Assembly (NCBI GenBank): GCA_046351455.1
Contig: JAXLYM010000003.1
Location: 280,364 to 344,363 of the forward strand
Direction: 5' to 3'
Length of the DNA stretch: 64,000 nucleotides
Source: Polyangiaceae bacterium
GTDB lineage: Bacteria > Myxococcota_A > Polyangia > Polyangiales > Polyangiaceae
The stretch's first letter is position 1. Every line of letters begins with the position of its first letter. A program made the translations under genes and the position numbers. The notes under the pieces were generated by a model that searched no databases, was not told where the DNA came from, and saw only the letters and a list, made by a program, of their open reading frames with translations. Positions 46,523 through 56,256 of this stretch are shown here, piece by piece.

Positions 46523-48925
46523 ATGGCAGAGACGCGTGACGACGCACCGGGCGAGGACGCGGTCTACGCGCCGCCCTCCCCGGGCACGGAGGGGCCGAGC
46601 GCGCCGAAGGAAGGCGACAAGAAGGCTGCGAAGACCGCCGATCCGGTGCCGCGAACGTCCCTGTTCGTGCGTACGCTCGTGACGGCCGGCGCCGCGGCGC
46701 TCGCGTGGGGCCTCGCCAAGATCCCTCAGCCGGGGCTGGGTCTGGAGGCGGTCCGGGCCGATCTCGGCGTCGACGTGACCGAACAGTTGAGCGTCGTCGC
46801 GCTCGGGCTCGCGCCCGTCGTGGGGAGCGCCGCGCTCGTGGAGATCGTCGCGCTCGCGGTGCCTTCGTGGCGCCGGCTCCGTCACGCGGGGCCGGCGGGG
46901 CGAGCCAAGCTCGATCGCGCCGCCGCGGTGCTCACGCTGGTGTTCACCGCGCTTCAGGCGTGGAGCATCGCGCGGACGCTCGCGGGGATGCCGTTCTATT
47001 CGGGGAATCCGCTCCTCGGGGCGGCGACGGTCACCGCCGGGACGTTTCTCTTGTGGGGAGTCGCAGGAGCCGTGTCGAGGTGGGGCCTCGGCAACGGGGT
47101 CGTGTGGCTGTTCTGGTGCGGGGCCCTGTTCGGTGAGATTCATCGGTATGCAACGCCTTTCTCGGGCGTCGGAGCGATGGGGACTCCCATCCGGACGGAG
47201 CTCAGTCCGACGCTCGGCGGGCTCGCGGCGCTCGTGTGCGTCGTGACCTCCGTGCTGGTGCTGCGGGGCTCGCGGGCGCCGGGGAACGTGCCAGTCCAGA
47301 GAGGGCAGGAGGCGGTCTCTTCGCGGCTCTCTCTCCCGCTGCCGGCGAGCGGATTGGCCGCGATGTCGCTCGCGCCGCGGGTGTTCTACGCCATGCCGGG
47401 CCTGCTGCGGGCGCTCGGCGTGCCCACGACGGAGCCGCTGTCCGCGCGGACGCCCACGGGGATGTGGGTGTATCTGGTGGGGACGGTCGGCTTCTCGATC
47501 GGGCTGTCGTACCTGTTTCACCGCCGCTCGCAGGTGGACGGGGTGCTGTCACGGCTGCGGATCGGGGCGGCGAACAAGGACGGATCGCTCGGCCGGGCGC
47601 TCGTGCGAGGCGCGCTGATGCCCACGGCGGCGTCGCAGCTCGCGCTGATGATGTGCGCTGTCCTGCTGCCGAACGGGGCGCTCGCGATACCGATGCTGAC
47701 AGCCTTCTTCCTCGACGCGCTCGACGCGCACCGGGCGAGGCGAGAGGGCGAGTGGGTGACCGTGTGGACCGAGGAGCGCCCGTTCGCGGCGGCGGCGGCG
47801 CGCGCGGCCCTCGCGCAAAACGGAATCACCCTGTATACGGAAGGCCTCCTCGCGCGGTCCTTCCTCCAGTGGGGCGCGGGGTATGCGCCGATCCGGCTGC
47901 AGGTGCGCGCGGCGGACGCGGCGCGGGCGGCGCGGTATCTGTCGGAGGCGCTCCCGGACACGGCCGCGCCGGCGAAGACGGCCGCGGAGGTGCCCGCACA
48001 GGCAGAGGCGCCCGCACAGGCAGAGACGCCCGCACAGGCAGAGACGCCCGCACAGGCAGAGACGCCCGCACAGGCAGAGACGCCCGCGGAACCTGCCGCG
48101 AAGCCGAAGAAAGGCACCAAGAAGAAGCGGTCTCTCGAAGCGTCGACGGCTGTCGCCGCCCGGACTCCCGCGTGGGTGACGGGCACGTTGTTTCTGGCGG
48201 CGGTCGCGGGGTTCATCGTGGTCGCGAACTGGCTCGCTCCGCCCGTCCGGCCCGCGGCGCCTCCGAGCGCGGCGGAGCTCGATCGGAGGCGCGCGGCCCT
48301 CCAGATCGTGCTGGTGGACGACGAGCACGATCCGATGGAGAAGGTCGTGCTGGATCCCTCGCCGCCGACGGGAGTGCGCTTCGAGCGGGAGAATGCGCCG
48401 CTCGGCCCCGGAAAGACCGCGCCGGTCTACTTCGTCTTCGCGGTCCGCAAGGGGGGAGAGTCGGTGACGGCGCTCGCGGATCGACTCAAGCCCTGGCTCG
48501 ACAAGATCGAGGTGCCGCCGGGCACGCACTTCGGCCTTCAGGAGCAGCGGGAGGACGACGAGGCGACCGGCCAGGAAAGCGTGGTGGCGCTCCGCACGAT
48601 GCTGCTCCACGACGAGGCCATCATCACCGGCGCCGACGTGGTGGACGCGACCGCGATGCCGGGGACGACGCAAGGGGCCGACCCTGGATGGAAGGTCTCG
48701 GTCGAGCTCTCGAAGAACGCGGGAGATCGCTTCGCCGACGCGACAGGCGCCAATTTGAAGCGGCGAATGGCCATCGTCTCGAACGGCCGTATCTTGAGCG
48801 CCCCGGTCATCCAGGCGCGCATCGCGGGCGGACGCCTGGTGATCACGATGGGCGGCCAGGACGACCTGGAGACCCAGAAACGCGACGCCATCGCGCTGGA
48901 GCAGGCCTTGCGCGCGGTTCCCTGA
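46523..48925 (+). CDS. Polytopic membrane protein with an Ala/Pro/Glu repeat linker and a C-terminal SecD-head-like periplasmic domain
   Basis: About 10 TM helices over 450 aa, then an (AQAETP)n linker and a KKGTKKKR stretch, then one more TM helix. The C-terminal domain has a SecD P1-head-like motif: ANLKRRMAIVSNGRILSAPVIQARIAGGRLVITMGG. Confidence 0.65.
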   Translation: MAETRDDAPGEDAVYAPPSPGTEGPSAPKEGDKKAAKTADPVPRTSLFVRTLVTAGAAALAWGLAKIPQPGLGLEAVRADLGVDVTEQLSVVALGLAPVVGSAALVEIVALAVPSWRRLRHAGPAGRAKLDRAAAVLTLVFTALQAWSIARTLAGMPFYSGNPLLGAATVTAGTFLLWGVAGAVSRWGLGNGVVWLFWCGALFGEIHRYATPFSGVGAMGTPIRTELSPTLGGLAALVCVVTSVLVLRGSRAPGNVPVQRGQEAVSSRLSLPLPASGLAAMSLAPRVFYAMPGLLRALGVPTTEPLSARTPTGMWVYLVGTVGFSIGLSYLFHRRSQVDGVLSRLRIGAANKDGSLGRALVRGALMPTAASQLALMMCAVLLPNGALAIPMLTAFFLDALDAHRARREGEWVTVWTEERPFAAAAARAALAQNGITLYTEGLLARSFLQWGAGYAPIRLQVRAADAARAARYLSEALPDTAAPAKTAAEVPAQAEAPAQAETPAQAETPAQAETPAQAETPAEPAAKPKKGTKKKRSLEASTAVAARTPAWVTGTLFLAAVAGFIVVANWLAPPVRPAAPPSAAELDRRRAALQIVLVDDEHDPMEKVVLDPSPPTGVRFERENAPLGPGKTAPVYFVFAVRKGGESVTALADRLKPWLDKIEVPPGTHFGLQEQREDDEATGQESVVALRTMLLHDEAIITGADVVDATAMPGTTQGADPGWKVSVELSKNAGDRFADATGANLKRRMAIVSNGRILSAPVIQARIAGGRLVITMGGQDDLETQKRDAIALEQALRAVP
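47993..48082 (+). repeat. 15-nt tandem repeat (gcacaggcagagacgccc, about 5-6 copies) encoding (PAQAET)n
   Basis: The perfect copies are visible directly: gcacaggcagaggcgcccgcacaggcagagacgcccgcacaggcagagacgcccgcacaggcagagacgccc... Confidence 0.8.
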
Positions 48926-48997
48926 GGCCTTGAGTCGAGATAGCCAGTCTCCGCGACCGCTCCGATCTCGCGGGAGGCTCGTCGGGGGAGTGAAACG

Positions 48998-49014
48998 AGG
49001 GGGCGGAGCCCCCT
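48998..49014. terminator. GC-rich hairpin (AGGGGGC-gga-GCCCCCT) between convergent genes
   Basis: A 7-bp stem sits between the stop codons at 48925 (plus) and 49052 (minus). The flanks are not clearly T-rich. Confidence 0.3.
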
Positions 49015-49051
49015 TGTAAAAACGCCAGTGGCGCCCCTTGTAAGACCTGGA

Positions 49052-50086
49052 TCACCCCTTCTTGTTCTTCTTCTTCTTCGGCTCTTTCGGCGGCCGCGGC
49101 AGGCTCTTGCAGCAGCGGAAGCCCGTCGAATAATCGTGGTAGCTCGGCTCGTGCGCGATGGTCGTGAACGTGCACCCGGGGCCGTGCTGATCGGCCGTGG
49201 AGAAGAAGCCGCCCATGAAGATGCCGTTTCCTTCGTGCCAGGGCTGCTTGTTGCGATCCACCTTGTCCTTGCCGAGGATGTCCTGAATGTCGTCTCCCAC
49301 GGTGTCGCTCACCCACTCGTGGAGATTGCCCACCATGTCGAACGTGCCCTCCGCCGACATGCACTCGGGGAAGAAGCCAGTCGTGGCCAGATAACCCGGC
49401 TCCTTGGCGAGCTTCGGGTTATTGAAGGCGTCGTCGTACTTCCACTTTCCAGGGTCGTTCCCGAAGAACATCTGGAGGAGATGCGGCTTCGACGAGTTGC
49501 ACTTGTCCTTCTTGAGCCGCGGGCCGTACGGGAACGTCCAGCCCTTGGGGCCTTTGCACGAGCGCATCCACTCTTCGCGCGAACAGAGGCGCTTGCCGAC
49601 GGCCTTGCACGAGGCGCTCGCCACTTTGCGGCTGATGTAGGCCTGCGGATAGACGTCCTTCTCGCTGCGGGCCCAATACGTGACGTCCGGCTCCGGAACC
49701 TCGTAGTACGGATGCGGGGTGATCGTGCCGTCGGGGCCGATGACGACGAGGTGATCCTCGAAGCGGTCCACGCAGAAGAACCGGCCCGGTCGCACCATGT
49801 CGTCGGGGCACGTGGGCTCCGCGCCGCCGTCCGCCGAGGCGTCGTCACCCGCGTCCGCCGAAGCGTCCGAGTCCGCATCCGCGTCGGCGTCCGCGTCCTC
49901 GGAGGCGTCGCTCGAAGCGTCCGGCACGTCGGCCGCGGTCGTCGTCGAGGGGGCCGCGAGCGTCTGCGCGGCGGTGCCGACCGTCGCCGCGGAGGCGTTC
50001 GGATTGCCGCCGTTGCAAGCGGAAATGAGCGCCGCGGTGAGAGGGAGACACGCGCCGAGCGCGAGGAGGAGACGGGCTTGGGACAT
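49052..50086 (-). CDS. Formylglycine-generating-enzyme (FGE/SUMF1)-domain lipoprotein with an acidic Asp/Ala/Ser-rich linker
   Basis: The lipobox is LTAALISAC. The (DA)n/(SDAS)n linker follows. The FGE-sulfatase domain motifs are GNLHEWVSD, GGFFST and GFRCC. Confidence 0.8.
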   Translation of the reverse strand: MSQARLLLALGACLPLTAALISACNGGNPNASAATVGTAAQTLAAPSTTTAADVPDASSDASEDADADADADSDASADAGDDASADGGAEPTCPDDMVRPGRFFCVDRFEDHLVVIGPDGTITPHPYYEVPEPDVTYWARSEKDVYPQAYISRKVASASCKAVGKRLCSREEWMRSCKGPKGWTFPYGPRLKKDKCNSSKPHLLQMFFGNDPGKWKYDDAFNNPKLAKEPGYLATTGFFPECMSAEGTFDMVGNLHEWVSDTVGDDIQDILGKDKVDRNKQPWHEGNGIFMGGFFSTADQHGPGCTFTTIAHEPSYHDYSTGFRCCKSLPRPPKEPKKKKNKKG

Positions 50087-50101
50087 CGGTGACGGGACGA
50101 C

Positions 50102-50488
50102 TCAACCGCTCTGCGTCGTGAACTCTTCGAGCTCGCGATCGGCGGTCGCCTGGATGGCGAGGACGGCCGCGAGGATGGTGTCGCGCAGCTCGTCCCCTTG
50201 TGGCTGGCCTTCCTTGGCGAAGCGCACGAGCACCTCTTCGAGCGTGGCGGCCGCGTTGCTCGTGCCCTTGAATCCGTACGATCCGGCCGCGCCGTGCATG
50301 CGGTGCGCGAGCGTCTGGAGGTGGCGCAGATCCGGATCGTCGATGTGCTGAACCGCCGTCTTCGCGGTCGCGGCGAGCTCCGCGACCACGCCCGGCAGCG
50401 CCTCCCTGTACTCCGCGCGCAGCTCGGCGAGGGCCGCGCGGATCGCCCGAAGGCGCGCTTCTTCCTGGATGCGGTTCTGCTCGGCCAT
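50102..50488 (-). CDS. HPt (histidine phosphotransfer) domain protein
   Basis: The motif is LQTLAHRMHGAAGSYGFKGTSNAAATLEE. The start is probably MAEQNRIQEEA. Tracked ORF 50102..50599 offers an earlier start that overlaps the next gene. Confidence 0.6.
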   Translation of the reverse strand: MAEQNRIQEEARLRAIRAALAELRAEYREALPGVVAELAATAKTAVQHIDDPDLRHLQTLAHRMHGAAGSYGFKGTSNAAATLEEVLVRFAKEGQPQGDELRDTILAAVLAIQATADRELEEFTTQSG

Positions 50489-50561
50489 GGATGGCGACCA
50501 CTCTATCGCATGTCGCGCGACGCGTTCGAGAGGCTTCGGCGCGCGTATCGAAACGTGACGG

Positions 50562-51332
50562 CTATCCGCGGGGCTGCGCGACGATGCGGGAAGGCGCACC
50601 AGGTGCGACGGCGCGGCGCAGGGCGGCGCGGCCGATCAAAAACAGCACCGTCCCTGCGTGCCACGGGCGCACGCCGCTCGCCTCTCCGCGGTACACGGGG
50701 CGCACGCGCACCTCGCCGATCGCGAAGCCGCCGCGCGCGATCATCGCGAGCAGATCGTTCGGGTACCCGTAGCGCGGCCACAGCGACGCGAGATCGAGAT
50801 CCGGCACGACGCGCGAGGCGATCGCGGTGTAGCCGCACTGGCTGTCGGAGAGGCCGGCGCGCCCGATCGCCACGCCCGTGAGCCACCCGAGCGCGTGCCC
50901 CGCGAGCATGCGGAAGAACGGCATCGTCCCGAGCACGTCCGCGTGGCCGAGACGGTTGCCCTTCACGTAATCGAAATGTCCTTCGATCACCGGGCGAACG
51001 ACGCCTTCGAGATCGTCCGGGTGCATCTGACCGTCGCCGGCCATCACCGCGATGACGTCGGCGCCGCGGGCGTGGGCCTCGCGGTAGCCGGTCGCGATCG
51101 CCGCGCCGACGCCGCGGTTCTCGGGGTGCCGCACCACGTGGACGCGATCGCCTCCGGCCGCGCGCGCGCGCTCCGACGTGTCGTCGCGGGACGCGTCGTC
51201 GACGACCACGATCGTGTCCACGAAGGCCGGGAGGGTCGACACGGTCTCGCCGATCCACCTCGCTTCGTTGTAGGAGGGGATGACGACCGCGATCCTGGCA
51301 CCGGCGAGCACGAGCGGGTGCCTAATGGTCAT
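50562..51332 (-). CDS. Family 2 glycosyltransferase (DPM1/dolichol-phosphate mannosyltransferase-like)
   Basis: Internal Met start (MTIRHPLVLAGARIAVVIPSYNEARWI) of tracked ORF 50562..52028. Motifs VVVDDASRDDT, RHPENRGVGAAIATG and MAGDGQMHPDDL are present. Confidence 0.8.
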   Translation of the reverse strand: MTIRHPLVLAGARIAVVIPSYNEARWIGETVSTLPAFVDTIVVVDDASRDDTSERARAAGGDRVHVVRHPENRGVGAAIATGYREAHARGADVIAVMAGDGQMHPDDLEGVVRPVIEGHFDYVKGNRLGHADVLGTMPFFRMLAGHALGWLTGVAIGRAGLSDSQCGYTAIASRVVPDLDLASLWPRYGYPNDLLAMIARGGFAIGEVRVRPVYRGEASGVRPWHAGTVLFLIGRAALRRAVAPGAPSRIVAQPRG

Positions 51333-51362
51333 GGCCGTTCGTTTCAAGGACGATACGCACCG

Positions 51363-52037
51363 ATGAACGCGAAGACGGCCCCCGAAGGCGGCTCGGAAGG
51401 CGACGGCGACGCCCGCGAGGAAGCGCCCGCTCCCGAGGGTGCGCCCGCGCCGCGCGTGAGCCGTCGCAAGCTCGTCGGCATCGGCGTGGCGTCGGCGCTC
51501 GGTTTCGCGGGCTGGTTGTGGTGGCGGAAGGTGGTGGAGTTCCCGCCGGACACGACGCCGCAGGGCGCGTACTTCCACATCGCGGCGCTGCTCGGCGAGG
51601 GCAACGCGCGCGACTGCTTCTCGTACCTGGAGGACGCCGCGCAGCACGCCGCGTACACGATCCGCGACTACCGCAAGAAGGCGAGCGATCGCGTCGCCGC
51701 CGCGTACCCGGAGCCCGAGCGCACGCGCCTCTTGGAGCAGTACAAGGCCTTCGCGAGCGCGCCGGACGGAGCCGACGTGTGGGCCGAGCTGGGCGCGCGT
51801 CGCGGCTGGATCGCCCGCCTCCGCAAGGACTTGAGCGGCATCGCGAAGATCGAGACGAGCGGCGATCGCGCGACGATCGAGACGACCCAGGGAACGCGCT
51901 ACGCCTTCCGCCGCCGAGAGAACGGCATGTGGGGCTTGTCGATGTTCACCGCGGAGCTGATGACGGAAGCGGAGCGCGCGGCCCGCGACTTCGACGTCGT
52001 CGACAAGGCCGCGACCGACTACGAGCACGCGCGCTGA
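51363..52037 (+). CDS. Hypothetical protein with an N-terminal TM anchor (224 aa)
   Basis: Internal Met start (MNAKTAPEGG...) of tracked ORF 50658..52037. The TM helix is LVGIGVASALGFAGWLWW, followed by a non-repetitive domain. Confidence 0.5.
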   Translation: MNAKTAPEGGSEGDGDAREEAPAPEGAPAPRVSRRKLVGIGVASALGFAGWLWWRKVVEFPPDTTPQGAYFHIAALLGEGNARDCFSYLEDAAQHAAYTIRDYRKKASDRVAAAYPEPERTRLLEQYKAFASAPDGADVWAELGARRGWIARLRKDLSGIAKIETSGDRATIETTQGTRYAFRRRENGMWGLSMFTAELMTEAERAARDFDVVDKAATDYEHAR

Positions 52038-52167
52038 GAGGGAAAACGAAGGGGAAAGAGCAAGGAAGAGAGTTTATCGACGGCCCGGCTCAGGGAAGGA
52101 TGCGGAGCAACGTGAATGGAGCCTCACGTCGACGAGCGGGCCGGTGGGATGTCTCAGCGCGAGCGCT

Positions 52168-52677
52168 TCACACGTCCTTGGCGGCGGGGCTCTTCTTCTG
52201 CGTGAGCTTGGTGCGCGCGTCCTCGCGGATCTTCTTCGCGAGGTCGCGGACCGCCTGCGCCTCTTCCTTCGTCACGGTGCCGTCGGCTTCGGCCTTCTTC
52301 GCGGCGGCGCGCACGCTCGCGGCGCCTTCGTCGACCGCCTTCATCACGTTGGCCTTGTCGGCGTCCGAGACGTTGTGCTTCTTCAGCGCCGCCTCGACCT
52401 TCGATTTGACGTGCTCGATGCGCTTGTCGACGATCTTCTGGAACTGCTCCGCCTTCATCGGGAACTTCTCCAGCGCGCCGAGGCGGAGAGCCTTTTTGTG
52501 GCCCTTCTTGTTGTCGGCCTTGTCGGCCTTCTTGTGCTCGGCCTTGCCTTTCTCTTCCTTCGCGGGCGCCGGCTTCGCATCCGCGGGGCTGTCGGCGAAC
52601 GCGGGCGCAGCGGCCGTGGTCGCGAACGCGAGCGAAAGGGCAACGAACAGGGGGCGGACGAAAGTACGGAACGTCAT
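52168..52677 (-). CDS. Secreted Lys/Ala/Glu-rich helical protein (169 aa) with signal peptide
   Basis: Internal Met start (MTFRTFVRPLFVALSLAFATTAAAPAFA) of tracked ORF 52168..52899. GGAGAC lies upstream of the start. Confidence 0.6.
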   Translation of the reverse strand: MTFRTFVRPLFVALSLAFATTAAAPAFADSPADAKPAPAKEEKGKAEHKKADKADNKKGHKKALRLGALEKFPMKAEQFQKIVDKRIEHVKSKVEAALKKHNVSDADKANVMKAVDEGAASVRAAAKKAEADGTVTKEEAQAVRDLAKKIREDARTKLTQKKSPAAKDV

Positions 52678-52873
52678 CGAGGTCTCCTTGCCGCGGCAGG
52701 TTGCGGCGTTCGATGATGCGTTAGAGCACGCGGCGTGCCGTCGGTCGGTGGCTCGGATCCACGGGATTTGAAGGCGATTTCGCGTGCGGTACCCCTGCCG
52801 CACCTGCGGATCCCTCCGCAGCGCCGCGCGACGGACTTCCCCAAGGCGGGGCCGTTTGGGTAGAGTCGGCCGC

Positions 52874-52972
52874 ATGTCCTTCCCCATGTTCCTCGGCATC
52901 CTCTTCGGCGCGATCGCGACGGCAGCGACGCTCGGCTACCTCTTCTCGCGCGGCGAAGACGCCCACCACTGA
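52874..52972 (+). CDS. Possible 32-aa hydrophobic micropeptide (MSFPMFLGILFGAIATAATLGYLFSRGEDAHH)
   Basis: This is the in-frame Met of tracked ORF 52784..52972. A strong intrinsic terminator follows immediately. Confidence 0.3.
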   Translation: MSFPMFLGILFGAIATAATLGYLFSRGEDAHH

Positions 52973-52996
52973 AGACCGCGTCTTCAGTCTTTTCTG
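52969..52996 (+). terminator. Rho-independent terminator: perfect 8-bp hairpin CTGAAGAC-cgc-GTCTTCAG followed by TCTTTTCTG
   Basis: The inverted repeat and T-rich tract are read directly from the sequence. It overlaps the TGA of the micropeptide ORF. Confidence 0.6.
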
Positions 52997-53147
52997 CGTC
53001 ACTCGCGCCGCCCCACCTTCATTGAAGTCACCCACCACGTCAGGCCCGAAGCTTCGAGCCGGTGCAAGGCTTCGTTAGCGGATCGCGTGGGGTGGGGACC
53101 CCGACGGCTCCGCCGGCGGGGCGGGGCGGCGCGTGCCGCCCCGAGAT

Positions 53148-53182
53148 GGGAAAGAAAAGCCCTGAAGGCGAAGTCTTCAGGG
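53148..53182 (-). terminator. Rho-independent terminator for the FHA-sigma54 regulator gene: hairpin CCCTGAAG-gcgaagt-CTTCAGGG, followed on the minus strand by GCTTTTCTTTCCC
   Basis: An 8-bp stem. The T-rich tract is on the minus strand. The hairpin overlaps the TGA stop at 53177-53179. Confidence 0.55.
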
Positions 53183-54622
53183 CGTGTTGTCGCCGCCCTT
53201 CATGCCGAAGCGGCCCATCATGCGCTGCACGTGGCGGCGATCGACGCCGGCTTCGCGCGCGGCGCGGGAGACGTTGTTCTCGCAGCGCTCCAGCAGAGCG
53301 GCCAGGTACGCGCGCTCGAAGCGGTCCACCCACGCGTCCTTCGCTTCGTGGAACGGGAGCGTGAGCAGCGCGCTGTCGACGTCGCCGGGGGCCGCGCTCG
53401 TTCGCTCGCCGGTCGCCGCGGGCGCCGTGCCGGACCAGCCCGCCGGATCGCCCGGTGAGCCGACCGCGCCGAGCACCGCCCAGCGCTCCACCACGTTGCG
53501 CAGCTCGCGCACGTTTCCAGGGAAATCGTAGCGGAGCAGCATCGCCATCGCGCGCTCGTCGAGGCGGGCGAGCGGCTGCAACCCGGCGGCGACACGCTTG
53601 CGCGCGAGCTCGTCCTGGATGTGCTCGGCGAGCATGCGCACGTCCCCGGCGCGCGTGCGGAGCGGCGGGATCCGCACCACCACGACCGCGAGACGGAAAT
53701 AGAGATCCTGCCGGAAGCGGCCCGCGGAGACCTCGCGCGCGAGCGATCGGTTCGTCGCGGCCACCACGCGCACGTCGACGGTCTTCGCGCGATCGGCGCC
53801 GACCGGCTTCACCTCGCGGCGCTCCAGCACGCGGAGCAGCTTCGCCTGCATGTCGAGCGGCAGCTCCCCGACCTCGTCGAGGAACAACGTGCCGCGATCC
53901 GCGGTGAGGAACGCGCCGGGTCGCGGGCGATCCGCGCCGGTGAACGCGCCCTTCTCGTGACCGAGCAGCTCGCTCTCCAACAGCTCGCGCGGGATCGCGC
54001 CGCAGTTCACCGCGACGAACTGGCCGGCGCGTCCGCTCGCGTCGTGGAGGCCCTCCGCGGCCAGCTCTTTTCCGGTGCCGGTCTCGCCTTCGAGCAGCAC
54101 CGTGAGGTCCGTGCCGGCGACGCGTTCGAGGAGCGCGAACGTCTCGCGCATCGCGGCGCTCTGACCGAGCATGCGGCCGAAACGAGCGCGCGGCGAGATC
54201 TCCTGCTCCACCGACTCCGCGAGCGGCACGAGGCGCAGCAGCGTCTGGCCGACGCGCACGAGCGTGGGCTCCGCGATCGTGACGCGCTCGATGCGAAGGT
54301 CGCCGATGAAGGTGCCGTTCGTCGAGCCGAGGTCCGCGAGCTGGTAGCCGTTCGACGAGAGGCGCACCGCGAGGTGCTCGCGCGACGTGGACGGATCCGC
54401 GAGCGGGACGTCCGCCTCCTCGCTGCCGCCGATGCGCACCTCGTCCTGCGCGAACGTGAAGACGGCGCCTTTGTCCTTGCCGTCGCGCGCGTCCACGACC
54501 TCCACGCGGAGCTTGCGGATGCGGCGGATCGCGGGGCCGCTCGTGGCCTCGATCACCTCGGTGACGGGCACTTTTCGAGATCCGGCGGGCGGACCGGGGA
54601 CGGGTTTGGGCGGGGTGCTCAA
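53177..54622 (-). CDS. Sigma-54-dependent transcriptional activator with an N-terminal FHA domain (FHA, AAA+ sigma54, Fis-type HTH)
   Basis: The FHA domain is [48 protein letters not shown]+ motifs are [14 protein letters not shown] and FLDEVGEL, plus the [15 protein letters not shown]-like [15 protein letters not shown]. The C-terminal HTH is [20 protein letters not shown]. Confidence 0.9.
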   Translation of the reverse strand: MSTPPKPVPGPPAGSRKVPVTEVIEATSGPAIRRIRKLRVEVVDARDGKDKGAVFTFAQDEVRIGGSEEADVPLADPSTSREHLAVRLSSNGYQLADLGSTNGTFIGDLRIERVTIAEPTLVRVGQTLLRLVPLAESVEQEISPRARFGRMLGQSAAMRETFALLERVAGTDLTVLLEGETGTGKELAAEGLHDASGRAGQFVAVNCGAIPRELLESELLGHEKGAFTGADRPRPGAFLTADRGTLFLDEVGELPLDMQAKLLRVLERREVKPVGADRAKTVDVRVVAATNRSLAREVSAGRFRQDLYFRLAVVVVRIPPLRTRAGDVRMLAEHIQDELARKRVAAGLQPLARLDERAMAMLLRYDFPGNVRELRNVVERWAVLGAVGSPGDPAGWSGTAPAATGERTSAAPGDVDSALLTLPFHEAKDAWVDRFERAYLAALLERCENNVSRAAREAGVDRRHVQRMMGRFGMKGGDNTP

Positions 54623-56172
54623 GGGCGGCTCTCGGTGGCGAAGTTATCACCAGGTTCGTCCGGCTGCGCGCTCTTCAGCGGGGAGACGATCACCACGTGC
54701 TCGCCCGGCCGCGCGGTGAACGGGACCTCGCGTTTCGACTGCTTCGGCGACGCGATCGTGAGGGTGTGTGCCCCCGGCGGGATCGGCATCGGCACGCCGT
54801 CGGCGACGGTGAGCTTCTTGCCGTCGAGGAGCACCTCCGCGCGCTTCGGCAAGGGGCCGCTGAGCGCGAAGGATGCGCCTCCGTGGGCCGCACTCCGCGA
54901 AAATCGCCCTGAAAAGAAGCCGATCACGAGCGCTGCGCAGGCGGCGGCGACCGCGAGCTGCCACGCCTTCGGGCCTCGCGGCGGGCGCGCCACCGTCCCG
55001 TGCACCGGCGCGATGGACGGCGCGTTCGTCGGCGCCGCGAGCGGTGTGCGCGGCGGCGGCGCCGACAGATCCGGGAGCGTCTCGAGCACCTCGGACTCGC
55101 GCGGCGGCACCTCGCGGACGACGACGGCCGGCATCGCGACCGTGGGCGTGAGCGGCTTCGGCGGCGGGCCGAACACGGTCTCCGGCGCGCGCGCGGCGAG
55201 CGGATGCGGGCGGGCCGGATCCGCGACCTCGTGCACGGGCGTGACGGCGCGCGCCGGCTTCGGCAGCGCGATCGCGACGGCCTCGGGCTTCGGCGCGGGG
55301 GCTGGAGAGGAGTCGGTCGCGGCCGATTGCGCGCGCTCCGTCAGCTCGGCGAGGAGGCTCGATCCGCTCGGATCCTCGGGCGATCGCGGCGATCGTGACA
55401 GGGACTCCGCGAGCGCCTGCGCGGTCGGACGCGCGCCGGGATCGCGCCGCAGCGCCGCCTCGATGCCGGGCAGATCCGCTTCGAGCGCCACCGCTCTCGG
55501 AGGGGCGTCGCCGCGGGCCGCCGCCTCGACGAGGCTGCTTTCATCGAACAAACGCTTCCCGAGCGCGGCCTCCGCGAGGCACACCGCGAGGCCGTACACG
55601 TCCTGCGACGGGCGCGCCGCGGCGGTCGTCGGCGTCTCGGGCGCCGCATAGCCACGCGTCCCCGCGACCGGTGCGCCGCGCTCGTCGCCCGCGCGCTCGC
55701 AGAGGCCGTAATCGAGCAGGTACGCCTCCCCGGCCTCGTCGATGAAGAGGTTCGACGGCGTGACGTCCCGGTGCACCCACCCGGCCTCGTGCAGCCGCGC
55801 GAGCGCCCGCGCGACGTCGCGACCGACCGCGACCACCGCGGCGATCGGCAGCGCGCCCGACGCCGCGATCACCTTCGCGAGCGTGGCCCCGCGGAGCCGC
55901 TCCACCGCCACGTACGGCAGGCCCGCGATGTCGCCCGCGGCCTCCAGCGAGGGGATCCCGCTGCCGCGCACCGCCGAGAGCACCTCGGCCTCGCGCAGGA
56001 TCGCCTGCGCCGCGCGACCGGACGCGCGCTCGCCGAGCGGAGGGCGCTTCACGACCAGGGGCCGACCGGACGGATCCCCGAGGCGCACCCCCAGCGAGAC
56101 GCTGGCCATCGCGCTGTCGGCGAGCCGCCTCACGAGCAGAAAGCCGCCGAAGACCTCGGGGTCGTTCCACAT
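54619..56172 (-). CDS. Ser/Thr protein kinase with TM helix and C-terminal PEGA-like domain
   Basis: Kinase motifs are VVKRP (VAIK-like), [14 protein letters not shown] and TRGYAAPE. The TM helix is [15 protein letters not shown]. The C-terminal [27 protein letters not shown] matches a PEGA domain. It overlaps the downstream regulator gene by 4 nt. Confidence 0.85.
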   Translation of the reverse strand: MWNDPEVFGGFLLVRRLADSAMASVSLGVRLGDPSGRPLVVKRPPLGERASGRAAQAILREAEVLSAVRGSGIPSLEAAGDIAGLPYVAVERLRGATLAKVIAASGALPIAAVVAVGRDVARALARLHEAGWVHRDVTPSNLFIDEAGEAYLLDYGLCERAGDERGAPVAGTRGYAAPETPTTAAARPSQDVYGLAVCLAEAALGKRLFDESSLVEAAARGDAPPRAVALEADLPGIEAALRRDPGARPTAQALAESLSRSPRSPEDPSGSSLLAELTERAQSAATDSSPAPAPKPEAVAIALPKPARAVTPVHEVADPARPHPLAARAPETVFGPPPKPLTPTVAMPAVVVREVPPRESEVLETLPDLSAPPPRTPLAAPTNAPSIAPVHGTVARPPRGPKAWQLAVAAACAALVIGFFSGRFSRSAAHGGASFALSGPLPKRAEVLLDGKKLTVADGVPMPIPPGAHTLTIASPKQSKREVPFTARPGEHVVIVSPLKSAQPDEPGDNFATESRP

Positions 56173-56256
56173 GCCGGGGCCACCCTAACAGAGGGCGCAA
56201 ACTTGTCGCGCGTCGACTTGACCACGCGCGGAGGCGGCGCGACCCTGCGAACCTCG

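Noticed and set aside
41112-48933. ORFs 41112..42713 (-) and 41369..43645 N-terminal 334 codons, 41540..43336 5' part, 43333..44625 (+), 43946..45826 (-), 46475..47521 (-), 47236..48933 (+), 47549..48673 (-)
   Set aside because: They are R/G-rich. The genuine CDSs here are the internal-start rSAM (41369..42643), TerB-like (42821..43336), the pseudokinase, FKBP and the SecD-like gene.
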